Positions 8,034 through 15,460 of a DNA stretch of 41,058 nt are shown here, piece after piece. The notes beneath the pieces are model-generated. The model was not told where the DNA came from. It did no database searches and worked only from the letters and a program-made list of their open reading frames with translations. A program made the translations under genes and the position numbers. Source of the DNA: Anaerolineae bacterium (lineage in GTDB: Bacteria; Chloroflexota; Anaerolineae; UBA7937; B3-Chlor); the NCBI GenBank assembly GCA_035530015.1, contig DATKVP010000382.1, positions 1 through 41,058 on the forward strand, read 5' to 3'. Positions within the stretch are counted from its first letter, which is position 1, and every line of letters starts with the position of its first letter.

Positions 8034-10122
8034 TGAGCTGATCCGCCTGGGCGAAGAGCAGATGGAGGTCCGCCTGGACTTCCTCCTCGGTGACCAGCGA
8101 TACCGAGTGATCCGCCAGAGGGACAGCTCAGGCCGGGGCAACTCCACGCTGGAGTTCCAGGTGGGGGGCAATGGGCAGTGGAGCGCGCTCTCGGGCAGCG
8201 CCATCAGGGAGACGCAGACGATCATCAACGAGACGCTCTCCATGGATTACGACACCTTCATCAACTCGGCGCTCTTGCTCCAGGGCCGGGCGGATGAGTT
8301 CACGAATCAACCCCCAGGGAAGCGCAAGGAGATCCTGGGGGAGATTTTACGCCTCCACGATTGGGATGATCTGGAGGAGAGGGCCAAGATCCGGGCCAGA
8401 GAGGCGCAGGGAGCGGCCAGCGCCATCGAGGCGAAGGCGCAGAGCATGGACGAGGAACTGGAGAAGCTCCCCGCCTATGAGGCTGAGCTCGAGGAGGCTT
8501 CGGAGCGAGCAGAACTGATCGGGGGTGAGATCGACGAGGCCCAGGGCAGCCTGGACCGGAAGAAGGAACAGGTCACAGAGCTATCATTCAAGCAACAGGC
8601 GCTGGCAGACGTGGAAGGGGAGGGGCGCCGGCGGAGGGAGGAACTAGAGTCGCTGCGGCGGCGGATCGAGCATCCTGGTAACCATCTCGGGGCTGATCTG
8701 GGATTGGTGCAGGATCAGATCACCGGCTACCAGAAGGAAGCAGCGGAGATCACGCAGCGGATGATCGGTTTTCATCCCGTGAAGTTGGAGTCATGCCGGG
8801 CAAAGGTGGCAGCGGTCCGGAGTGACTTGGCCGGGATGGCGGATCTGGCCGACAAGAGGAAGGCGCATGAGCAAGAGATTGGCCATCTCTCTGCAGAGAA
8901 GGCCAGCCTGACGGCCACGAATACGAGGCTACGAGAGGACATGGACGCCTTGAAGGAGGAGATGGCGCTCCTCGAGAGAGCGGGGGCCGCATGTCCTCTT
9001 TGCGATTCTGAGCTCACCGACGAACACCGCCAGGAGATTCTCTCGGGCAAGCAGGCCGAGGGCAAGGCGAAGGCGGACGAATATCGGAAGAACAAGGAGA
9101 TCATCGAGGAAGATGACAACGAATTGAGCGCGTGGCAGCAGGCCCTGCGTGAGATAGAGACGGAACTCAATCGGGAGAGATTGCTCCGACAACAGGAGAG
9201 TGAAGGCGTCGCGCTAGTAGCGAAGCTAGAGGCCGAACAAGAACGCCTCGAGGAGTGGAGCGCGCAGGTAGAGAAGCTCAAAGAGTCTATCAGGGAAGCC
9301 AAGGATCGCCACGAGACCATGAAGGCCGAGCGGATCGCCGAATGGGAGGGAGAAGCGGCGAAGCTCGAGGAGACCGTCGGCGAGCTCAGGACCAAGAGCG
9401 ACGCGCTGCGACTAGAGCTGGCCGGTGCGGACGAACTGACCCGAGCGATGGGGGAACTACAGGCGCAGATCCAGAGGCTGGATTTGGAGCTTAATCACGT
9501 CCGGCAGAAGGTAGGCGGGGCCCAGCAGAAGCTCGATCATTGCCAGTACCTCGAGAAGGAGAAGGCGAAGCTGGAGCAGCAGCACGCGGAGGCCTCCTCC
9601 TCCTCCTATCTCTACGAGCAGTTGAAGCTGGCCTTCGGCAAACGGGGCATCCAGGCCATGATCATCGAGACGGTGCTCCCCGAGATCGAGGAGGGCGCCA
9701 ACGAGCTGCTCGGGAGGATGACGGACGGGCGGATGAGCGTCCAGTTCGAGAGCCAGAGGGAGACCAAAGCGGGCACCATCAGTGAGACGCTGGACATCCA
9801 GGTGGGAGACGAGCTCGGGACGAGGAGCTATGACCTGTTCTCGGGTGGAGAGCGGTACAGACTGGACTTCGCCATCAGGATCGCCATCTCGCAACTCCTG
9901 GCCAGGAGAGCGGGGGCGAGGCTGGAGACGTTGATCCTCGATGAGGGCTTTGGATCGCAGGACGCCGCCGGCCGTGAGAGGCTGGTGGAGGCGATCAACT
10001 CCATTCAGGGCGACTTCGGATTGGTCCTGGTGGTGACGCACATCGAGGAGTTGAAGGAGCAGTTCCCCGCGCGGATCGAGGTGGTGAAGGGCCCGGCGGG
10101 GAGCGTGGTGAGTGTGAACTGA
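7861..10122 (+). CDS. SbcC/Rad50-family SMC-like ATPase
   Basis: Walker A GENGHGKSAIIDAI, long coiled coil with zinc hook CPLC, signature LSGGERYRLDFAIRIA, Walker B LILDEGFGSQD, and VVTHIEEL. Confidence 0.85.
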   Translation: MRPTNLSMSNFMPYADAELDLSSLHLACLAGENGHGKSAIIDAITWALWGKARARRDDELIRLGEEQMEVRLDFLLGDQRYRVIRQRDSSGRGNSTLEFQVGGNGQWSALSGSAIRETQTIINETLSMDYDTFINSALLLQGRADEFTNQPPGKRKEILGEILRLHDWDDLEERAKIRAREAQGAASAIEAKAQSMDEELEKLPAYEAELEEASERAELIGGEIDEAQGSLDRKKEQVTELSFKQQALADVEGEGRRRREELESLRRRIEHPGNHLGADLGLVQDQITGYQKEAAEITQRMIGFHPVKLESCRAKVAAVRSDLAGMADLADKRKAHEQEIGHLSAEKASLTATNTRLREDMDALKEEMALLERAGAACPLCDSELTDEHRQEILSGKQAEGKAKADEYRKNKEIIEEDDNELSAWQQALREIETELNRERLLRQQESEGVALVAKLEAEQERLEEWSAQVEKLKESIREAKDRHETMKAERIAEWEGEAAKLEETVGELRTKSDALRLELAGADELTRAMGELQAQIQRLDLELNHVRQKVGGAQQKLDHCQYLEKEKAKLEQQHAEASSSSYLYEQLKLAFGKRGIQAMIIETVLPEIEEGANELLGRMTDGRMSVQFESQRETKAGTISETLDIQVGDELGTRSYDLFSGGERYRLDFAIRIAISQLLARRAGARLETLILDEGFGSQDAAGRERLVEAINSIQGDFGLVLVVTHIEELKEQFPARIEVVKGPAGSVVSVN

Positions 10123-10123
10123 G

Positions 10124-10630
10124 ATGATATTCAAGCAGTGGGAGCAAGTGCTGGGGTTGACCCTACCGCTCAAGAGCCAGACGCGGCGGGTCAATTGCCC
10201 CTACGAACTCGCCGTGCAGCTATGGAAGCATGGGTGGAGCTATCCCCGGAACAATCGTAGGACTTCAGGAGGGAGTGTTTATCGTCCATATACTCCTTGG
10301 GATGAATGGCAGAAGCGACATCCGATCACCGATGCCCAGATTGCCGAGGCCAACCGCATCCTTGCTGAGCACGTCGTCACCCTTCCGGTCCAGCCGGGCC
10401 GGGGCAAGAAGTCTATGGGCCGGATACGAATAACCAAGATACGGCGGGAGAGGCTACAAGACATCAAGCCAGAAGAGTTCCGTAAGGAAGGGCTAGTCAG
10501 TGGTGCCCCGATTATGATTCTGTGGTTTATCGAACTGTGGAGCAAGATGTACCGGAAGCCCTACCGCTGGGAGGACAACCCCGATGTGTGGGTGCTGGAG
10601 TTTGAACTGGTCAAAGGGAGTGAATCATGA
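10124..10630 (+). CDS. ASCH-domain-like protein
   Basis: N-terminal K-x-QTRR motif and C-terminal NPDVWVLEFELV pattern typical of ASCH beta-barrels. Inserted between the SbcC-like and SbcD-like genes. Confidence 0.5.
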   Translation: MIFKQWEQVLGLTLPLKSQTRRVNCPYELAVQLWKHGWSYPRNNRRTSGGSVYRPYTPWDEWQKRHPITDAQIAEANRILAEHVVTLPVQPGRGKKSMGRIRITKIRRERLQDIKPEEFRKEGLVSGAPIMILWFIELWSKMYRKPYRWEDNPDVWVLEFELVKGSES

Positions 10631-11856
10631 GAATCCTACACTTCGCTGATGCGCACACTGGTTTGGATGACTCAGGGCCCATCGATCGGCAGACAGGGCT
10701 GAGCGCGCGCTTGACGGACTACCTGGATTCGCTGGACCGGATCGCCGAGTACGTGGAAACGCAGGACATCAACGTGGTGGTCTTCTCCGGCGATGCCTTC
10801 CACGTCTGCCGGCCCACCCCCACTTTCGAGCGGGAGTTCGCCAAGAGAATCAACAGGATGGCCTCCAGTGCCCCCGTGGTCGTGCTGGTGGGCAACCATG
10901 ACATGCCGGGAGCGTTCGGAAAGGCGCATCCTCTGGCGATCTACTCGGCACTCCATGTGCCGGAGGTGCATGTGGTGGACCGGCCTCAGTTGCTGCACCT
11001 GGAGACCCATGCAGGCTCGATCCAAGTCGTGGGGATCCCCTGGCCCAGCAGGCACAACGTGATGACCTCTGAGAAGGTCGCCGGTTTGCCCAAAGAGGAA
11101 GTCAACCGCCTGATCGGCGAAGCGGTGGCGGAGAGCATACAGAAGCTGGCCCGGAAGATGGACCCCGATTTGCCCTCCATCCTGGCGGCCCATCTGAGCG
11201 TCGAGGGCGGCGACATGGGCGGAGGCACGCCGGTGGGGTTGGGAACTGAGATCTCCTTGCCTCTCGAGGCGGTGGCGCTGCCACAGTTTGACTACGTGGC
11301 CCTGGGCCACCTCCACAAATACCAATCGCTGAACGACAGCCCGCCCGTGGTGTATGCCGGCAGCATCGAGAGGAACGACTTCGGCGAGGAGCACGAGGAG
11401 AAGGGCTTCGTGGTAGTGGAGTTGGGGAACGGGGACGAGGATGATCTGCTCGAGGGGGCATTCACCAGCGTGGAGTTCGTGCCCCTGCCGGCGAGGAAGT
11501 TCGTGACCATCCAGGTCTCTCTTGATGGTACGGATCCCACCCAGGCGGTGCTCCAGGCGATCGGGGAGCGGCAGATCGAGGACGCGATAGTGAGGGTGAT
11601 CATCGAGGGCACGGCGGAGCAAGCGGCGCTGCTGGATGAGACGCAGGTGCAGCGGGCGCTGAAGCCGGCCCTGCGCCAGGCGGTGAACAAGAGGATCGAG
11701 CGGGAGACCAGGACGCGCCTCGAGGGGATGAGCTATCAGGAGATGAGTCCCTATGCTCTGCTGGGGGCATATCTGGAGAGCAACGGGAAGGGGCCGGAGG
11801 AGTGTGAGGCGCTGATGAAGGCGGCAGAGGAGTTGATGATGGAGGTGGCGGCATGA
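10627..11856 (+). CDS. SbcD/Mre11-family nuclease
   Basis: Calcineurin-type phosphoesterase motifs ILHFADAH, VVFSGDAFH, VGNHD, AHLSVEG and LGHLH. Confidence 0.85.
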   Translation: MRILHFADAHTGLDDSGPIDRQTGLSARLTDYLDSLDRIAEYVETQDINVVVFSGDAFHVCRPTPTFEREFAKRINRMASSAPVVVLVGNHDMPGAFGKAHPLAIYSALHVPEVHVVDRPQLLHLETHAGSIQVVGIPWPSRHNVMTSEKVAGLPKEEVNRLIGEAVAESIQKLARKMDPDLPSILAAHLSVEGGDMGGGTPVGLGTEISLPLEAVALPQFDYVALGHLHKYQSLNDSPPVVYAGSIERNDFGEEHEEKGFVVVELGNGDEDDLLEGAFTSVEFVPLPARKFVTIQVSLDGTDPTQAVLQAIGERQIEDAIVRVIIEGTAEQAALLDETQVQRALKPALRQAVNKRIERETRTRLEGMSYQEMSPYALLGAYLESNGKGPEECEALMKAAEELMMEVAA

Positions 11857-12068
11857 GCTGCGAGATCGAGGGCTACTGCGAGAACTGTAGACGGATTGTG
11901 AGTTGTGGCCAGTTGAAAGGTGAAGACAGTCTCTTCACGATTTGTCTGAGTTGTGGCGCGCTCATCATGTCTCAGCCCGTAGATAAGTTCACGAAGCTAG
12001 AGCAGAGGATCAGGGAGTTGGAAGAGTTCGCGGAGGAGCTGAAACAAAGGGAGGAGAAGGATGTCTAA
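11853..12068 (+). CDS. Small zinc-ribbon protein with a coiled-coil tail
   Basis: CENC...CLSC pairs. ATGA overlap with the SbcD-like gene. Confidence 0.45.
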   Translation: MSCEIEGYCENCRRIVSCGQLKGEDSLFTICLSCGALIMSQPVDKFTKLEQRIRELEEFAEELKQREEKDV

Positions 12069-12288
12069 CATAGTCCAGCAGATCGTGGAGCGGGGAATGG
12101 AGGAGAAACAGGGCAAGCCCAATTGCTCACGCTGTGCCGATGAAGACCATTGCCTGATTGCCTTCATGGGTCCAGCGATCAAGATCAAGCCCAGCTACGT
12201 TGCAGCTCCTGGCTGTGGCCGGTTCGAGCCCAAGAGATATGATGCGGGGGAGGAGGACGATGCAGATCAAGGGTCTGAGAAAGGTTAA
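12061..12288 (+). CDS. Small Cys-containing protein with an acidic tail
   Basis: ATG preceded by gggaggagaagg. Has CSRC...HC...GC residues. No family recognised. Confidence 0.4.
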   Translation: MSNIVQQIVERGMEEKQGKPNCSRCADEDHCLIAFMGPAIKIKPSYVAAPGCGRFEPKRYDAGEEDDADQGSEKG

Positions 12289-13234
12289 GCGGTTCAAAAT
12301 CATCGGGCGGATCGGCCTGGGGATCACCGTGCCTGTCCTGGACAAAAAGACGGGGCAGCAGGTGATCAGGGATGGGGAGCCGGTGACCATGCCGCAGTCC
12401 ACCGATCATTTCGTTGTGCCCCCAGAAGTGGCTGAGGTCCTGCGCGACAGCACGCCCAAGGCGATGCGGATCCACTTCGAGAGAGACAGCCTGGATGACG
12501 TGTTCCCCACCGGCCTGATGCAGTTCCGGGGCAACGGCGATCTGATCTGCATGGGCGATGGCGAGAGGGTCACCTTCCGCCGGCACATCGCTTCCGATCA
12601 CTCCACCGAGACGGTGGTCTACGAGAGGGTCGCGCGTTGGGATCGGATCGAGGAGCTGGGCCTGCTGGAGGAGAAGAAGTGGGCCGACGAGAAGAACGGC
12701 TACGGCACCACCGAGCGGATCGGAACGAACGCGATCAAGTGTCTCTACATGGATTGCCCGCGGTACAAGGCGCTGCTCTGCAAACCCACCGGGAAGCTCA
12801 GGTTCTGCATCGAGGGCGTCACCACGCGCCAAGGGTATTACCAAATGACCGTCCACTTCAACCCCATGAGAGAGATCATCACTCAGCTCGACGATGGCCG
12901 GCAGCGGATCAGGAACCACACTGGCCGGGCCACCATCGTCTGGCCCGCGAAGTGGCGGCTGAAGCTCACGGGGCCCACAGAGCAATGGATGAATGTCAGG
13001 AAGGGCGGGCAGACCGAGAAGCGCCTGATCAAAAACATCTACACGCCCGAGCTGGAGCTGGATCCTCTGTGGCTGGAGGACCTCGAGGCGGGCCGGGTGG
13101 AGTTTCCCCAGATGGAGACGCTGACGGACACCGACGTCTGGGGTCCGCAAGAGGAAGAGTTGGACAAGAGCCTTCTCGATCCAGAGCCGTTCGTGGAGAG
13201 CAGCAACGACGAAGAGGATGATCTGCCGTTCTGA
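12260..13234 (+). CDS. 324-aa protein of unknown family ending in an SSB-like acidic tip (DEEDDLPF); candidate ssDNA-binding/annealing protein
   Basis: ATG at 12260 preceded by gggggaggagg (the tracked ORF starts upstream at 12158). The C-terminus SSNDEEDDLPF resembles the bacterial SSB tip DDDIPF. It sits in the recombination module. Confidence 0.4.
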   Translation: MQIKGLRKVKRFKIIGRIGLGITVPVLDKKTGQQVIRDGEPVTMPQSTDHFVVPPEVAEVLRDSTPKAMRIHFERDSLDDVFPTGLMQFRGNGDLICMGDGERVTFRRHIASDHSTETVVYERVARWDRIEELGLLEEKKWADEKNGYGTTERIGTNAIKCLYMDCPRYKALLCKPTGKLRFCIEGVTTRQGYYQMTVHFNPMREIITQLDDGRQRIRNHTGRATIVWPAKWRLKLTGPTEQWMNVRKGGQTEKRLIKNIYTPELELDPLWLEDLEAGRVEFPQMETLTDTDVWGPQEEELDKSLLDPEPFVESSNDEEDDLPF

Positions 13235-13259
13235 GATAGTAGCGGGCGGGAAGTGAGAT

Positions 13260-13493
13260 ATGGCCTGGCCTAAGCACGTCGGACAGGTGATTCAACTGCT
13301 GGAGGATGGAATCTATGTCATCATCGAACTCCGGGGATACCTCGAAGCCAAGGCTGGCGACGGTGATACGCGGGCAGCCCAATATGCGGGCCGACTGGAG
13401 GGAGTCCAGAACCTCTTCAAGCTCATCCGGCAGCAGCAGTATGAACAGATTGGACTCTTCGGGCCCGAAGAACACAGCAAAGCCAAAGAGTGA
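13260..13493 (+). CDS. Hypothetical protein (77 aa)
   Basis: ORF with plausible codon bias. No motif recognised. Confidence 0.4.
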   Translation: MAWPKHVGQVIQLLEDGIYVIIELRGYLEAKAGDGDTRAAQYAGRLEGVQNLFKLIRQQQYEQIGLFGPEEHSKAKE

Positions 13494-13530
13494 TCTCCGC
13501 ATCCCCTGGGATGAGCAGGGCTCGCTGGCC

Positions 13531-13746
13531 ATGGTCTACAGCCTGAGCTACTTGGGGATCGATTGTCGCTTCCACGCGGACAACGGCGCGGGGGTGCTGC
13601 TGATCAGCATGGACGAGGAGCAGGATGCCCGGGTTCATACCCTGTGGGACGCGCTCAGCGATCTGAGGGTGAGATACATCGAGGCCAGACAAGAGGCCGC
13701 AGGCACGCAGCTCACGTATCTGGAGGGCGATGGTGCTGCCGAGTAG
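13531..13746 (+). CDS. Hypothetical protein (71 aa; start chosen inside tracked ORF 13306..13746)
   Basis: In-frame ATG at 13531 after the end of the previous gene. The upstream part of the tracked ORF overlaps 13260..13493. Confidence 0.3.
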   Translation: MVYSLSYLGIDCRFHADNGAGVLLISMDEEQDARVHTLWDALSDLRVRYIEARQEAAGTQLTYLEGDGAAE

Positions 13747-14422
13747 ATATACGCTCTATCCCACGTCGGTGCTCAGGATGTCGGAGGTGCCGATTCACCT
13801 GCGCTGGACCTACCTGGTGCTGTACGCGCTGGCGTGGGTGCACGATTATCAGTGGCTCGACCAGACGCATCAGCAGCTCTCACAAACATTCACAGCCCTG
13901 GAGGGAGAGGAGATCAGTCCCAGGGGGATCAGACAGCGGCTTACCGACCTGGCTGGGCATGGCCTCATCGAGAGGCGGCAGGTGGGAGGTCGATACAGAA
14001 CGTACCTCATGGTACGCCACGACAAGGGTGACGCCCCCAGCGTCACCTCTGAGGCGAGGGGTGACGCCCAGCAACGTCACCCTATTAAGAATAACTATGT
14101 TGTTGATGGGATTGATGTATCTGATTCACCAGAACAACAACAACATAATATTAAACAGGGTGACGTTGACGAAATCTGCGCGCTCCTCGAAGGCATAGGG
14201 GTCTGGGGGAATGTGGCCCGGCGCCTGGCGGAGCAGGAGCACGTCAGTCTGGAGTACGTGGAGCAGATCATCGCGCACCGGGCCCGGGAGGCAGGGCGGG
14301 GCAATAACCTGGGGGTGCCATGGGTGGTGAAGATGATCGGTGAGGGTTGGCAGCCCCCCCAGGAAGTGCCCGATCGATACCGCTACGTGCACGGGAAGTA
14401 TGCGGAGTACGTGAAGCGATGA
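13730..14422 (+). CDS. Winged-helix DNA-binding protein, candidate replication initiator (lambda O-like role)
   Basis: wHTH-like segment ISPRGIRQRLTDLAGHGLIERRQVGGRYRTYLMV. A linker encoded by an AT-rich block flanked by iterons lies inside the gene. Confidence 0.5.
   Translation: MVLPSRYTLYPTSVLRMSEVPIHLRWTYLVLYALAWVHDYQWLDQTHQQLSQTFTALEGEEISPRGIRQRLTDLAGHGLIERRQVGGRYRTYLMVRHDKGDAPSVTSEARGDAQQRHPIKNNYVVDGIDVSDSPEQQQHNIKQGDVDEICALLEGIGVWGNVARRLAEQEHVSLEYVEQIIAHRAREAGRGNNLGVPWVVKMIGEGWQPPQEVPDRYRYVHGKYAEYVKR
14027..14165. other. Candidate replication origin: two palindromic iterons, a ~75-bp AT-rich block and a third half-site
   Basis: GGTGACGC-N5-GCGTCACC at 14027-14047. GGGTGACG-N8-CGTCACCC at 14059-14082. 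The block 14083-14157 is about 28 percent GC by hand count. GGGTGACG recurs at 14158-14165. Confidence 0.55.
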
Positions 14423-14847
14423 GAGCCAGAGAGTGCGTCCTGACCTTCGTGGAACCAGGTCTCCAGCGGCGGGTGTTCGCAGGGAAGATCGTCTGGCTGC
14501 ACGTTCGGCATGGAGGCGGAATCTATGCCTACATGAACGACGTCAGGCTGGATCGGGACCTGATGAGGGACCTGGACGCCTGGGGCGTGGCGCCGTGCGT
14601 CCTGGAAGTGATGGGCCGCATGGCGATCGACGTGATCCACTACTGCTGCCGCGACGAGGATGTCACCTACGTGAGCTCGCCGGGGCAGGTGAGGCGATAC
14701 GGGGAGCTGCTGCGTTGCTCGGGGCGGGGGGCGCACTGGCACCTGCCGCGGCGGTACTGGCAGAGGGTCAAGGGGATCCAGCGATACCGTTGGATCAACA
14801 CGCAGATGGAGCTGGAATGGCTGGAGCCGGAGGTGGTGCGTGGCTGA
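14419..14847 (+). CDS. Hypothetical protein (142 aa)
   Basis: ATG at 14419 overlaps the upstream stop as ATGA. Ends ...LEPEVVRG* inside junction module type I. Confidence 0.45.
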   Translation: MRARECVLTFVEPGLQRRVFAGKIVWLHVRHGGGIYAYMNDVRLDRDLMRDLDAWGVAPCVLEVMGRMAIDVIHYCCRDEDVTYVSSPGQVRRYGELLRCSGRGAHWHLPRRYWQRVKGIQRYRWINTQMELEWLEPEVVRG

Positions 14848-15079
14848 GTTGGTGGGGATCCAACGATGCCTCGCTTCCGAAATCTGGGTCGGCTTTCCCG
14901 CCAAGATCATCAAGGCGGCATGTATCAAGGAATGCGGCGAAGACGAGATGGGGGAATGCTGGGGTGAGCATGGTCCGCAGCCCGGGCAACGTTATGAGTG
15001 CACCTCTTGCTACTGCGAGGCTGTGTGGACATACCCTGACGAGATAGGTTACATCGAGCCGGAGGTGGCGCGTGGCTGA
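14824..15079 (+). repeat. Junction module type I, two copies (14824-14847 and 15056-15079)
   Basis: gagccggaggtggYgcgtggctga, 23 of 24 nt identical. Each copy supplies the upstream C-terminus, a GGAGGTG Shine-Dalgarno, a GTG start and an overlapping TGA stop. Confidence 0.85.
14840..15079 (+). CDS. Cys-rich hypothetical protein (79 aa)
   Basis: GTG start embedded in junction module type I. Ends ...IEPEVARG* in the second copy of the module. Confidence 0.4.
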   Translation: MAELVGIQRCLASEIWVGFPAKIIKAACIKECGEDEMGECWGEHGPQPGQRYECTSCYCEAVWTYPDEIGYIEPEVARG

Positions 15080-15242
15080 TCGGAGATGCGTGGTCTGCAA
15101 GAAACCGATCATAGAGGGCGACAATTCTGTGACGATGAGTGTGCCTAGCACGGGCAAGGAATGGAGTTGTCACTCAGAATGCTTCGATAGGCTGCCGAGC
15201 CTGATAGACAAGGCTCTGGCGAAGAAGGGGAGGAGACGATGA
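15072..15242 (+). CDS. Hidden 56-aa zinc-ribbon ORF
   Basis: GTG at the same module position as the 14840 start. Sequence is VADRRCVVCKKPIIEGDNSVTMSVPSTGKEWSCHSECFDRLPSLIDKALAKKGRRR. It ends in junction module type III. Below the ORF-track cut-off. Confidence 0.45.
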   Translation: MADRRCVVCKKPIIEGDNSVTMSVPSTGKEWSCHSECFDRLPSLIDKALAKKGRRR

Positions 15243-15460
15243 TACGGGAGAACCTGAGTGACCCGATGAAACGGGCATTGCTGATGATCGGGGCGCTCTA
15301 CTATCTCCAAAACATCCGCTGGGATACTTACGGTGCGCTCGTCCGGCGCGGTTTAATTGTCCGGGAGGCCCGATCTAACAAGAAAGTAATCGGCCTCACG
15401 GATGAGGGCATGAAGGCGTATTGGGATACTCTCGATGAGTTGAGGGGGAGGAGACGATGA
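15227..15460 (+). repeat. Junction module type III, two copies (15227-15242 and 15445-15460)
   Basis: ggggaggagacgatga is identical in both copies. It encodes ...GRRR*, a Shine-Dalgarno and an ATGA stop/start overlap. Confidence 0.85.
15239..15460 (+). CDS. Hypothetical protein (73 aa)
   Basis: Delimited by the two type III junction modules. Confidence 0.45.
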   Translation: MIRENLSDPMKRALLMIGALYYLQNIRWDTYGALVRRGLIVREARSNKKVIGLTDEGMKAYWDTLDELRGRRR

